DNA of 64,000 bases, taken from positions 310,001 to 374,000 of the forward strand of contig CT868296.1 of assembly GCA_000165425.1 (NCBI GenBank). Direction: 5' to 3'. Shown piece after piece: positions 27,209 through 42,622 of this stretch. The notes below the pieces were generated by a model that saw nothing but the letters and a program-made list of their open reading frames with translations, was not told where the DNA came from and made no database searches. Source of the DNA: Paramecium tetraurelia (Eukaryota). The translations under genes and the position numbers were made by a program. Numbering within the stretch: position 1 is the first letter of the stretch; each line of letters begins with the position of its first letter.

Positions 27209-28516
27209 TCATTGTTCATATCTCTCAATAAAAACAGTTCTACAGATCGGACAAGATCCACAAGTTTGAATCCATACCAAAATGCAAGTATCGTGGAAAA
27301 CATGATTAATTTTCCTGTTGCCACTCTCTACATTGCAGGGTAATTTGACGCAATTATCATCCATTTAATAAGTGGATAAACATATTGAGCATTCTTCGTG
27401 AATACTTTCATCTTATTCTTTTAATTATTAGAATTTCAAAGGTATTAAATTATTTAAGAATCGTTGTCTTTACTGAGCAATTCTGTGAAGCTTATATTCA
27501 GTATATAGATAGGTGCACCAATTGCAAGATTACCAAATAGCCATGCCAATGATGATTGGGATTATAGCACAAATCACCAGGATTAGACTCAACAGAATGA
27601 TAATGATGATATAACCTATTAGCATTGAGAATACTGTCAAAACAATCAAAATTGAATCCAATTAATTCATATTGATGTTGTTGTTATCCCAATTTATGAA
27701 TATCCATTACACAATCGTGATATTACCCCAAGCAAATAATATTATTTTAGTCAGCAAACAAACTCTATTTAGTGCAAATATCTAAGAATTCTAATTCTCT
27801 AATAAATAGGATAACCACTTTATTGTTGTAATCTTCTCTGAAATGCTGATGGCAACCTATTATGCTTGAGTCAACTGCTCCTCGTCTTCCACTATGTCTT
27901 CAAAAGGACTATTTCTTTTTATAGTATATTTTAAATATTCGATAATCTGAGAACTGGCATCTCCTTAGTTTATTTATTCTGCCTCATTAATTATGTACCT
28001 TAATTAACAGTTTATGTATAGAATTAAACAATCAGAGATTAAGTTAAAACCAAAATAGACACTAAATAATTCCTTTATTTCATCTTTTGTAATGAGTGAA
28101 AAATACATTGCTATGACCTCATTCAAAATAAAAATGATGTTGAATATTGTGAATAGATTTACAAGTATGTAGCTTCTGAAAACTATGATTTTGAGGGCGC
28201 TGTTTAGTTGTGGACATTGGTTGTTAAAAATCAACTAAATAATATCTTGGAAACTAATGTTCAAATACTATTCAGTCTCAAATTATGATGTGTCCTATAT
28301 TTCAGCAGGCTGTTACTCCTAGAGATGTACTAAACTAAATTATTAAAGCGATTATTATTCTGCTGACTATAACTAAATAGAAGAATGATGTGATTGTCCT
28401 TAAGGCTTATATTGAAATGACAAAGATTCAGGATTGTTGATAACTTTCTCTGATTGCTAAAATTAGGTTCTGAATTCTTAAAATTCTGATTGTAGTGATT
28501 AGTCTAAACTATTCAT
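27209..28516 (-). CDS. Multi-pass membrane RING-H2 E3 ubiquitin ligase
   Basis: Several hydrophobic helices, then CSICL...LPC-x10-HVFHDTCILVW...CPICR. Alternative in-frame ATGs at 28549 and 28555. Confidence 0.85.
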
Positions 28517-28578
28517 TAACAAACTAAAAATTTATTATTTATAAGACATTTTCATAAATTCATAATAAATAAATAATT

Positions 28579-29450
28579 ATGAACACAACCTTAGAAAACA
28601 AATAAGATAACAATCAGATCGAACAAATTGAGAAAAAAGTGAAGATACAAAAGCCAAAGAAGGCAGATTTCAGAATGCACGCTCACGTCAATCCTCTAAA
28701 TGAAACCTTATTTCCTTATCCCCTCAATTACAATTAAGTTGATTGGTCATTACACTATCCTAAAAAGTTTGGAAAGGATCCCTTAAAGTTATACCTCAAT
28801 ACTTTAGAATACCCCATTACATATGATGACTAAGTCAATCCTGATTGTTCATAATCTATAGTCGATTTTCTTGATATGTAAGTTAACTTGTTAATAATAA
28901 ATAAGCGGTTGTGGATTTGGAGGATTATGCTTTGCCTTAAGCGAAAACTACCCTGATAAGTACATTTTTGGTATGGAAATCAGAGGCAAAGTGGTTAACT
29001 TTGTAGGAGAAAAAATAAGAGCCTTAAGGGATGAGGGCTAAGCTCACAATGTTTCAGTGATTCGTACTAATACTATGAGACATTTGCCTCAATATATCAG
29101 AAAAAACAGTTTAGAGAAAATCTTTATTTGTTTCCCTGATCCACATTTCAAAAAGAAAAATTTTAGAAGAAGAATTGTCAATCCAGGATTACTCTCTGAA
29201 TATGCTTATCTATTGAAACCCAGTGGAAGAATCTACTGTATAACTGATGTTGAGGAATTGCATAACTGGCATGTCTAACATCTTGAAAAGCATAAGATGG
29301 TATTTATGAAAGAATTATGTTAAGTTTAAACGAATTTAAGACGTTGAATAAGATTCTGCTGCCAAACTCATTTGGAATTCTACTGAAGAGGGATAGAAGG
29401 TTGAGAGAAACAAAGGATCCAAATTTATTATTGTTTGCGAAAAAGTATGA
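28579..29450 (+). CDS. METTL1: tRNA (guanine-N7)-methyltransferase Trm8/METTL1
   Basis: RMHAHVNP, DIGCGFGG, GMEIR, FPDPHFKK, TDVEELHNW and STEEGQKVERN. Two introns. Confidence 0.95.
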
Positions 29451-29518
29451 CTGTCAAGATTAATAAAAATACATTATGTAACTTAAATTAATATTAAAAA
29501 TAATATATTTATTTATAC

Positions 29519-29919
29519 ATGCCTCCCAAAACACAATAAGTTGTGAGTGTCATTAAAGATGAAGAAATGTTTCTTAATTTGATAAGTTCAGAAAATAAAA
29601 AGTTGGTCTTACTTGATGTTCACCCAGATTGGTGTGGACCATGTGAAATGATGCACCCAACTTACAAAACCTTATAGACAAGCATCGATGACTTTGAAAA
29701 AAGAGTGGACATCTACACTCTCGGCTATAGCAAAATCGTCACCTACAAACATGACAAATTTAGTAAATGTTAATTTAAATCTTCTTTTTAGACAGAGAGC
29801 CAACCAGTAAACCCAGGTTTGTCTTTTATTAAGATGGCAGATTGGTTGATGAAGTATAGGGAGCAGATATTCCAGCTCTTATTGAAAGAGTATACAAATA
29901 TTTACCTATGGTATATTGA
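29519..29919 (+). CDS. Thioredoxin-like protein resembling outer-arm dynein Trx light chains / NME8-9 Trx domain
   Basis: DVHPDWCGPC and SKPRFVFYQDGRLVDEVQGADIPAL. One intron. Confidence 0.85.
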
Positions 29920-30104
29920 TTATTATAAATCAAATAATACATTATTCTAATTCATTTATTATTCTATAATTCAACCTACTATTCTAGTCCTTTTTATTCA
30001 AGAATTAATACAGTTACTATTCATAAATCTTTTTGCTTTTTTACTTTGCTATATTATACCCTTTGTAATAGCATAAAATAATTAATAATAAATAAATATC
30101 GTTA

Positions 30105-31969
30105 ATGATTAAATTTCAAAATCAGCCACTCAACTATGATGTTAATGGATATCCATAACCTAAATATTAATAGATGCCTCCGAAATAACAAAAATAAATG
30201 CCCAATCAAGGTGGCTTCCAAGAAACCTTTGGATAACAATAATATTATGGCAGACAAATGATCCCATAATAATAGGACTCTAAAAACTATCAATAACCTC
30301 AACAACACTAGTAATAGCAGGCACAAAATTACTAGAACTACCCTTAAAAATAATAATATCCAAATATGCAATAATAATAGTAATATTAACAGTCATAATA
30401 ATAATAATAACCTTAATAAAAGGCTGATCCAAGATACTAGAATGTTTAATTCACAGCCAAAGAGTTTAATTAATTATTCTATAAATAACAATAATAATAA
30501 CAATAACAACAAGCCCAATAGACAAATTAAAATAAAGCAAATGAAAACCAAGAAGAAAACAAGTATCCTTAACCTTAAAAAGCTACTGCAAATGAAAGAT
30601 AGATATCTACTTACTCATAAAATCAATAATAATTACTCCAATAAAAATAAGCTGGTGCACCTGGAAGAATGCAATCAGCCGATCCCATCTAAGCCCAGAA
30701 CAGAAATGCAGTGCCATTGAATAACATCCAGTAATTCTTAATTTTAATTTCTTAGAAATCAGCAAGCAACTAAAACTAGTTAATATATCAGTAACGGAGG
30801 TATCAATAAGACCCAAAACGATTATTCTTAAAGATAAGCCACCCCAATGAAAGATTAAATGAAATTCATGAGTATTGATACTATTTTAAGTTTAGATTAA
30901 AAGCAAGTTCCAGAACAAATTAACCAACAACTAATGTATTCTCCTATGCCAAAGAGTCAATTATTGAATGAAACAACAAATTTGGCCAAATTATAACAAC
31001 AATAATTACAATAAAACAAGTCTCCTTAAATTTAGAAAGTTGGTGGCTCTGGAATGGGTCCTGCTATATCTTAACCTACTAATGCTTAACAAATAGTTGA
31101 AGAACTAGCCAAAGAAAAAGAAAGACATTAATTGTTAACTGCCAAATTAAAAAAATTAGAATAAGAAAAGAAAACTTATAACACACAATTTTTGAATGAA
31201 ATGGAAAGCAAAATTAAAACTCTTATCTAACAAAATGATTAACTATAAAACTTGAATATGGAGTATTTATTTATTAAATATGTTTAGATTATTATAGAAG
31301 GCTTAGGATTAACCTCAAGGAGAAATACAAGAACTTAATAAGTAGATTTCATATAATAGTCAATAATTGGATTTCTTGTAAAAATAAATTAATGAGGCCT
31401 AAAAGCAATTATCTGAATAGATGAAAAAATACAAAGACCTAGAATAATAATATCAGGAAAAGAATTAAGCTGAAGAACAACAAATTCAATATTTAGTTAC
31501 TGATTTAGAAGAAAAGGTTCATGGTTTAATTTCTGAAAATGAAAGATTAAATGCTTTAATAGCATAACAGGATAGCAATCCTAAAAAAGAGCAATTACAG
31601 CAATTAACAAACGAAAAGAATAAGCTTATTTAAATGGTATTATTTAATTAATAAACTAGACCTAATAAAGTCAGAAAGAAGTTAAAAATTGGAAAACCAA
31701 ATATGAATAGTTATAATAAAAGCTTTAATAAGCTGATAAATTCTTAGAACCATAAGGAGAATAAGTGGAAGCACTTGAAGAAAAAATTAAATCCTTGATA
31801 GAGGAAAATGATTACTTAAACACAGTTGTTTAATAATAAATTGAAAGAGAGAATCAAATAGCATTGTTGGAGGAGGAGTAAACATATAAACATATCAATT
31901 AGGATGCAAAATTTAGTTGAACAAAATGACAATCTTGAAATGTTACTCCAAAACAGTACTAAAAAATGA
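30105..31969 (+). CDS. Hypothetical Q/P-rich and coiled-coil protein
   Basis: Continuous ciliate-code frame with tiny introns. Poly-Q N-terminal half, repeated LIxENxxL heptads in the C-terminal half. Confidence 0.75.
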
Positions 31970-32146
31970 TTAATATACAAAATATTATTATTATTGTCAT
32001 TATGAATATTTCTGATCAACATTAACAAAGTTCTTTGAAAATGAGAAGACTCTCTTCTTTAAATCTTGTACAAATTTTAGATTTCTTTGTCAAACAAAGT
32101 ATAAAATAATCGAATACTGAAATACAATTATATTATTTAATTTAAA

Positions 32147-32646
32147 ATGCAAAATAACAATTATTAAAACTAAAATGATGTCTTTCCATCATACCCTGAA
32201 TAATACCCTAATCAATATCCACCTTAGGTTCAAATGCAACAATAATAACCTTATTTAGATAATAATATATATGTAGGCCAACCTATAAATTAATAATAGT
32301 AATTTGGAAATCAATAATATTTGTAAAATTTAATATCTATAGAATTAAATATAGATAGCAACCCTACATTATTCAAGGACCAGTTGAAATTTCCACTCCA
32401 ATCTATGCCAGTGCTGAAGGAATGAGATTTCCAATTCAGATCAAGTGTTAATTTTGTTAATAAGTTGGAATCACTAAAATTTAAAATAGAATTGGAGATG
32501 GAACTATCTGCGCATCTATTTTAGTTTTACTATTATGTTGGCCCTTGTTCTGGCTACCTTGTTGCTTAGAAGATTGTTAAGACAGAATACATTTATGTTA
32601 AAGTTGTGGAAAAGTTGTAGGTAAAAAAAAGTATGAAGTGTGCTGA
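32147..32646 (+). CDS. LITAF-like zinc ribbon domain protein
   Basis: P/Q/Y-rich N-terminus, then CQFC, a hydrophobic segment (LCWPLFWLPCCLEDCQD) and HLCQSCGKVVG. Confidence 0.9.
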
Positions 32647-33688
32647 ATCTTTCTATTATTTTATTCAATATATATATATATATAATAAATAATTTCTCGA
32701 GTACCATAAAGTTTCTTAAACTTGAAGAAAGAATTTAAAATAAAAATACTATTGAATAACAAAGGTAATTTGAAAAACCTATAGATCTCATTCTATTCGT
32801 AGTTCATAATGACAAAAAAGTTTGATCGATTTTACTTTTAGAATGATAAATATATCCTTGGAAGTAAGGAATATTTGTTAATTCTTAATCGTATTATAAA
32901 AGTGTATTTTATTATTTTAGAGTTTTTTTTGGCTAAATTTATTCTTCTAAGTCTGAGCATAAAAAATGAACCAGTCTTACAATAATTTACAATCCAAAGA
33001 TAACCCGAGTATATACAAAATTGCTTATCAAAAAAAAGATTAAAGTTCCTTTTTAAAGAGAATTGATCATTATCTAATAATTAGCTTATTTTAGAAATTT
33101 TAGATGAATCAGATATAGTTTATTCTGTTATTGCACTATCATTAGTTTTAACAAATAATTATTAATATTTTATAGAATAATTAATAAAAATCTTAAATAA
33201 ATATTATAAAAGCATAAGCATATCCTGCTGAGTTTTGCTTTTTTATTGTAAAAAGCGATTCTTTGCTTTTATTAACATATAAGTGGCTACCATACTTAGC
33301 TTGATGATGATTTTTTAACACATTCCATTTTACTATTTACTTTAAAGAATGGCTAAGATAAAATGATCATTTACTTAATTTTTGGAAAAAGGGAGAAGAA
33401 AAATATAAAATTCATTTGTGAACCAATATTTTTGCACTCTTGAATAAGTTGCACAAATATTATTGATTATAATTACTAATTTTAGAGAGTCTTAAGTTAA
33501 TGAGAAAATTTTTTAGATAAAAAAAAGTTGAATTTGATACTAAAATAATGATTGTTGTTTCTTAGATTAATAAAATTAGATAGCAAAGAGAGAATGAGAG
33601 ATTTTTGAAAATGTAGAAAATATAATGCAGAACATGTGACTAAATTTAATTTTGGATTTTGATTTTTATTTGATTATGACATTGCAAA

Positions 33689-34040
33689 TCAGATAGATGA
33701 ATTCACTTTATTGGATTGAGCAACCAATTGTCCTAGCACTTATTCCAATTCTGATTCATTAAGATTTCCTATCAAGGCTTTCTTTTCAACACCATATTCT
33801 AATATATTTTGCTTAATAGTACTGTATCTGATGAGTACATAGGGGTCAATTGATTCGCACTCTCTGACGACAAATGGGAAATGAGGATTTGCATCCTTCC
33901 ATTGCCAATAGTTTTTAGATACGAGATTTCTATAGTTTGATCATTTTTGTATACCTTACGCCTTCAGATCTGCCGCATGTCTAACAGAAGACGAATCTTA
34001 ATTCTTTTACTGAGTTTCCTAGTTATTTGTACCAAGACAT
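33689..34040 (-). CDS. NDUFA2: NADH:ubiquinone oxidoreductase subunit A2 (B8)
   Basis: VKELRFVFCQTCGRSEGVRN...KDANPHFPFVVRECESIDP...RYKYGVE aligns by eye with B8 LREIRIHLCQRSPGSQGVR...NPDLPILIREC. Two introns. Confidence 0.9.
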
Positions 34041-34061
34041 TTTATTATAATAAAAATAATA

Positions 34062-37000
34062 ATGGGAGGTGTGTGCGGACATAATCACAATCATCATAAT
34101 TAATTTGCAAAATCCCCTGGAGGACTTCATAGAACTGGATGTTCATTTATCAATCCTGAGCCAATGAAGTTTAATATTATATTCGAAAATCTTCGTCTCC
34201 AATACCCGACTAAGTCTTGTCATCTGAGCATCAAATTAGCAGGAGAAATTCTATTGGAAACACCAAACCATATAGATTTAGATGGTAAACATGCTGTAAT
34301 TAATTAACTAACCTTAGTGGAAGAAAATTGTTGAAACATAAATTAAAGCCAATATTGTTGAGCTACATGAGAAGAAACTAGAATTTTATCTATTTGAAGA
34401 AAAGAATGTAATTGCAACTTTGGAGATTCCCGTTTTTGATATCATTAGCGGTCCTATTCATTTTGATTATTCCATCGGCAAAGGCAGGCTATCCTTCGAT
34501 ATGCAAATGGCCTAGATACTTTAAATAGATATTAACCCTATTGAAATAGATTGCAGTTATGTTGAGAGCATAAAAGACAAAGCCTACGTCTTTAATTTGA
34601 GATTGGTAACAAGGAAAATGTACTTTACATCCCCAAATTCTGAAAGTTTTTATAATCCTGCTTATTTGAGAGGGTTTAATTCATCTCTTAACAATTTTCT
34701 CTAAGAGATGATGTTCAGGACTACTTGGAATAGTTCATCTGAATTGCCCATTTTTGGTTTTGAGTTGCCATCAAATGAATTGTATAATAGTGCATTGTAA
34801 GTTTGCATTTGGAGTATCAATAAAGCAAATGAATTCTAATCTCCTGGAATTTGTTCAATTAAATCACTAAAAGAAAAATATGAAAAAGAAGTCTTTATTG
34901 ATTAGAATCTCTTTGCGGAGACCTTTATTGCCTTGCATAAACTAATTTAAGAAGATGATGAAGAAGACTTCCAAATGTATCAGTAATTCAAAACTACCGT
35001 TACTAAAAGTTTATGGTGTAAAGGCAATAAAGTAGGTACAATACAGTGTAAGTTTAACGTAAAACTTCCCAGGTTTCTTAAATAAAAATTAGTAGGTATC
35101 AGAACCGAGAATGGTTGCACATTAGGTGTTAATATTTGTAGTTCTAAGTCAGTTGCTTAGATTGCAGAGATTACTACTATCTTTTAAAAGTTGTATGAAT
35201 CTATGTTTAAGATGCAATCGTTAAGTCATAATGATCCTAATAGAGCAATACTCTAACATCAGGCCTTGACTATAAGCTAACAACTATTAGTTGAAGTTTA
35301 AAAAGCTGACAAAGATACCAATTCCAAATTATTCTACTATAAAAACTAGGAGGATTTATTTAAAGCTTAGGAATATTTTATTAAGATAGCAGAACAGATA
35401 ACAAAATATATAGATAAATTGGATGATAATCTAAGGGAGGTTTGCTATGAAATCTTATTGGTATTAATTGACAGAGGAGAATTTCGATTGCATTCTTTAG
35501 GATATTTTGAGGAATGTAAGTAGTTGTCCAAAAAGCAATTGGAACTAAAAAACTCAGTGAATCTTCATTATTCGGAATTTATGCTCCAAACATTAAATTG
35601 GGTTCTTCTTAAGGTTCCATTAAAAACACAATAGTAAAATGAGAGAAAATTCATGATGAGATTCCTGGTGTTGGCATTTATAAGAATCTATAACTTTAAG
35701 GATTAATTATTGAAATGCATCAATAAACCTAATGACCCTTAATTAGTGGAATGGAGAGGGAATGAATTTTAATTAGAAGAATAAGATGTTTTTATAAATG
35801 AATAAGTAGCTATGATATTTGATTGGCAGACGTACTTTTATAACTATCTCTCTTAAAACCAATAATACTAATTAAATTAAACCATGTAAGATGAGTAATG
35901 GAAGTCAACCTTCTAGAAGAGGAGTTTAATTTATCAATACTTTATTATGGATTTCTGTACTTACATATAATACATTCTGTAGAAGAATAATATACAATGG
36001 CAACATGTGCCTGGATATAAACAATTATTGAAATCTTTTCTTTGTGAGTTGAAATTAAAAGAATCATATACTACATCATTTTTTGATTGTGTGATGGCAA
36101 TTTCGAGAAATACGAATATCATCAACATTATTGTAATGATATTATTCAATAAAACTAAGTAAGATCTACAGTTATAATTAGTTTGTATTAATCTGATTAG
36201 GTCATATAGGTTTTCGATTTATTGAGTTTAATAATAAATTAATGCCCTTAAACATTAACAGTTTTTGATTACCCATTCTTTTTAAATGGGATTAGAATTG
36301 TATTAACATAATCAGAACATGCTATAGCAATAGCAACAGTTTTGGAGTTGATTTACACCAATTTTTTGAAATTCCCGATAGAGTTCAGAAAGGCAGTGAT
36401 CGACTTATTATTTGAGCCAATATGTTTTGAACTGTTTCTCCATTGGTCAAAGACTGTGAGGACAGTGTTTATGAGTTTTCTACTCTATCGGATATGCCAT
36501 CAATATCGAAATAACAAGATTTCAGTAATGGATGAGGAACTGTTTGAGTAGTAGTATTTGATAGCCTCGAAGCCAAGGAAGAATTTTAGTTTTTACGAGA
36601 ATAGAAAGGAGGAGAAATAGTTAATTGTATAGTTTTGATATGATAACTAGGCAGATTACATTTACTTGAAATACACAAGATTTATGATGAACATAGAATA
36701 GGTCAAGATTCAATTGAAGTAGTTTCCAGTCCATAGAGATTTGACTGGTCTAGAGAGTTTGAAGGAGAAGCTGGCTCAGAAGAATCAGTATCATTAGGAG
36801 AGTCAGAATATTATTATATAGGAGTAGAGATAAGATGATAAGGAGGAGATTCCATCTGAGAAGTAGATAATTTTTGAGAGAAGGAACGAATATAGAAATC
36901 CTACTAAAAAGAGAACCATCATCTTGTCAGACAATAAATATAAATATTTAAAAGTAGCTTTAAATGAGTTCTCTGATTTGACTAAACAATACACAGTAGA

Positions 37001-37185
37001 TGGAGATATTAATCTATGAATATGAGTGGGGGAAGAGTTGAGTCCAGAAGAGAAGAGTTAGGCGTATTTGAACTTCTAGGTTCCACAATATTAAGATTAT
37101 TGGTGCATTATGATTAGAAAGAAGGGGAAAGCAAGATTGATATATTAACTATTTATGCTCTTGATTTGAAGATTAAATTTAAATG
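34062..37185 (+). CDS. Large N-acylated protein with C2-like N-terminus and DUF1765-like helical C-terminus (3' end disrupted by indels)
   Basis: Starts MGGVC; long frame with tiny introns; motif LFLHWSKTVRTVFMSFLLYRI. The stop position is uncertain. Confidence 0.7.
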
Positions 37186-37193
37186 AATTAATT

Positions 37194-39166
<1,973 letters not shown>

Positions 39167-39235
39167 TAAATAACAATAAAAAAAATATTTAAAATCAAAA
39201 TATAAAAAAGAATTCTTATAACATAATAAATTTTA

Positions 39236-42201
39236 TCAATTATTCATCAATTTCTCCCATTCTAAAATAGTTTATTCAAGATTTTCAACACTTTTTTGCA
39301 ACCTGTCTTCAGCAAACTTTGACATGATAGACCAAAGTGGTCGTACAATGAATTTAAAAAATCCGACTTCAGACTTGGCCATAATTGGTTACTAACATTA
39401 TAATTTTCATACTTAATCTAAATCTTTCATGTATGGCAATTGAGGATATCCAAATTTACCTTCCAAATTATATTGTTCCTAGAATTCCATATTCACTCTT
39501 GTGCTCCATTCCCTACTCAAATTAAATGGTTTGGCTCCTCCAGTGAAGTCAGATGTATGAATAATCATACCTGTCATTAATTTGATGTCATCTTCAGTTC
39601 CAAAGTTTAGTTCTTTGATTCTGGCTTCAAAGTTTTTGATTAAATTAAAATGCTCAGTTATATCTGTGTATAGAATATTGGAAATAAAGAGTTTGCGAAA
39701 ATCTCTGAATTCAACTGATGTAAAATTAGGAATAATATTTGTTGAAGGAGCACATAACAATTTGATTGAAGTAGCTGCGTGATGTTACTCCAACACACTT
39801 CTATCGTGATATCTAATAGTCAAATTTGACAAACTGTTGATCTCAAAAATGTTTGTTCTTCCTGTATGAGATACATCATGACACAATCCAGATAGAATCA
39901 ATACAAATTTAGTGAATTAATTCAGTAAATGAGCATATTAGGTTTTCATTATTTCCAAACTGATAGCATGTGTACATTGCATAACTGTTACTCCATGATC
40001 ATAATTATGAAATTAATTGCCTCTCTTATTATATTTGTATTCCAATGCACACAAAAAACTACACAATGCATCCTAGCTTATCCTATAATCTTCAATGAAA
40101 TTATTTCTTCTCAATATTGAAAAAACTACTTTCTGTTTCTCTAACCAATCTGTGCTGTATGGCAATATATTAAAATCTAGATTATCTATATTCTCAATAC
40201 AAGTCTCAGTGATCATGTCTGGAAAAAAATGATTAATCCCTTTAGTTTTTGGAATCAAACGAAAACTCTCACTTTCCTAAAGTGAATTTCTTTAATCTAA
40301 ATGTCTAGGACTGAAACTTGGACTGTAATTTTTAAATTGTGACTATTTTTACGTTGCTTTAGGCTTAAACATTTACACCACTGAATTTTTTAGTTACGGG
40401 TGTTTTTATTCTAATTTATCCAAATATTGTTTAGTTTCTTATTAAAGAAAACTCTTTCTAAGTTTTTGCCATTAGTTTGCATCTAATGATTTTTGATTAT
40501 ATCTAAACCAACCCTACTGGAATATCACATAAAACCCTTTGAAATATTTCTCTTCCATTTTCATAAACACTTCATATGAAGCATTACTATCTGTTATTTT
40601 CCATTTATTTTAATCTTGCAATTGATTTTCTATATGCTGGATCAAATTTTTATTCTTAAATATACTCGTGTATGAAGCATTATGAAATTAAGGGTTAAAA
40701 TTGATATTGAACTCCTCCGCCAATTTACTAGTTATTGGTTATGACACGAAAGTAATTTATCCTTGTTTATCAAACTCGAATATAACTGAATCTTATGATT
40801 TCACAAAAAATTTGTAAAACGTAGTTCGATCATAGCACTACTTGATAAATTTTAAATATTTGTTGAAACTCAAATTAAGTTGTTTGTACACATTCATGTC
40901 TTCTTTTCTATTTAAATCAAAGCATATATAAATGCTCAAGTTTAGGGAATCTCTAAAATCAAATTCTACATATGGATGGATGCTTAGAAAAGATGAGTTG
41001 TCTTTACACACTTTATATCTTTCACTCAAAATAGAGATTGAATTATGAATGAAGAAGTATTTAGAACATCTGATGAAAGCTATTCCTATATCTTAAATCA
41101 TATGAGATAGTTGTAAAAGATTAAAACATTAGACTCTAGCTTATTTTGTAGTTTCAAGTAAAAAATAAGCTAATTGGTTGACTTCCTCAAAAAATTAGTA
41201 TTCATTGCATAAGGACAAGAAAGATTCAATAATAATCTTATGTTCTCCTTTGGAATGATAACAAAATAAACATGAGGAATTTTATATTTTGAGGAAATAG
41301 TTGCCCCTGAATTTATGAGTTTAAAATAAGGAGTTTATTACTGGACAAGAATCTGAAATCTGAATGATATTGCCCTCTAGTATTGTTTAAATTTCTAGTT
41401 ACAACTGGTCTGTTAATTGTATTTCTTCAAATTATCCAGTTTCTGAGTGATAAATTTCGTTGTTAATAATAAAAGATATTTCATCTGCATCAACCAAACT
41501 TTTCATAAAGGTTCTTAAGACATTATTTAAATTTTGGGTAGATAATTTATCATCCATTAAAAGTAGATGGCATCTCAAATAGTCATTGAAATGTTACTGT
41601 AATTAAAATGAATAAATTTACTTTCATATCCCTATAAAGTTATTAAAGATTTTCGATAACATAAGTAGAATGGGTTATATTGCTTCCTTATTTAGATTCA
41701 CATAATTTGGATACTTATTTCTACGAATTGCTAGGCGTTGACGTTGCGGTTTTAGTTACAAACTCTCCAACTTTTCTGAGTTTTTCACTGAGTTCATGAC
41801 TTAAGTGCTTAATAATGATGTAGATTCAATACAAATTATGAATCAGATTGCCAGAGTGTCATAAGTTGATCTAACTGATCAATAAGATTTGTTTCATTGA
41901 ATTATGAAACCCTTGAAAGGGAGTTTCCTCTTCTTCTTTATCTAATGTGGCTTCCATTCAGTTCAAAAGATTAATATCTTATGTTTGGTTATGGTTCTAG
42001 AGTTTGTAAATATTAAAGGATGGCAGTCTGGTAATCTTACTCATCATAGATGGAGCATACAAGGTTATTCAATTGATAATCTTTAGTGGTCAGATTCACT
42101 TTCAATAAATGTTTTTGTTTAGAGGAAATAAGCCCTTTCTACTCTAGATCGTTTATTTAGTTAAAAAACTTAATGTAGTTGCTTAATTTTTCTTTAGGCA
42201 T
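39236..42201 (-). CDS. Class I 3',5'-cyclic nucleotide phosphodiesterase
   Basis: YHNYDHGVTV, LCHDVSHTGRTN, SVLEQHHA, ILYTD, IIHTSD and EWSTRVNMEF. Long N-terminal region with possible GAF/PAS-like segments. Confidence 0.92.
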
Positions 42202-42219
42202 AAATATTTTATTATAAAA

Positions 42220-42613
42220 TCACTTCTATTTTTTATCATCTCTTACTGAGAAATCTTTATATTATAATTTATCAATTTCCCTTTCATTTGTCTTTATCAT
42301 CTTCTCAATTCTATCATTTAAGTAAAATTAAAATACTTGCTTTTTGGAGATCCAACATTAGATAACCAATGAATCCTAAGATAGTTAAGAATCACAAATT
42401 ATTTTACATTTCTTCACACTTTTTTTGATCACCTTAAGCAACTCCTTTGACTGATCCATCTTTTTAATTCTCGACCCATCCTACCAATCCTAAATTAGTT
42501 CCTTGCTCTTTTGTAAACTTCCTAAAGAATACTCCTATTTAAGATATGAGATTTTACTTACCTTGTACTTTTCCAATAACTTGAAAATCAAAGCTAAAAT
42601 ACTTTTTGATCAT
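42220..42613 (-). CDS. ACYP: Acylphosphatase
   Basis: GKVQGVFFRKFT, GLVGWVENQKDGSV and GSPKS. Three introns. Confidence 0.93.
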
Positions 42614-42622
42614 TTTAATTTA

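Noticed and set aside
32967..33443. ~160-codon plus-strand ciliate-code ORF
   Set aside because: Intergenic-like composition and no motifs, so it is plausibly a chance frame.
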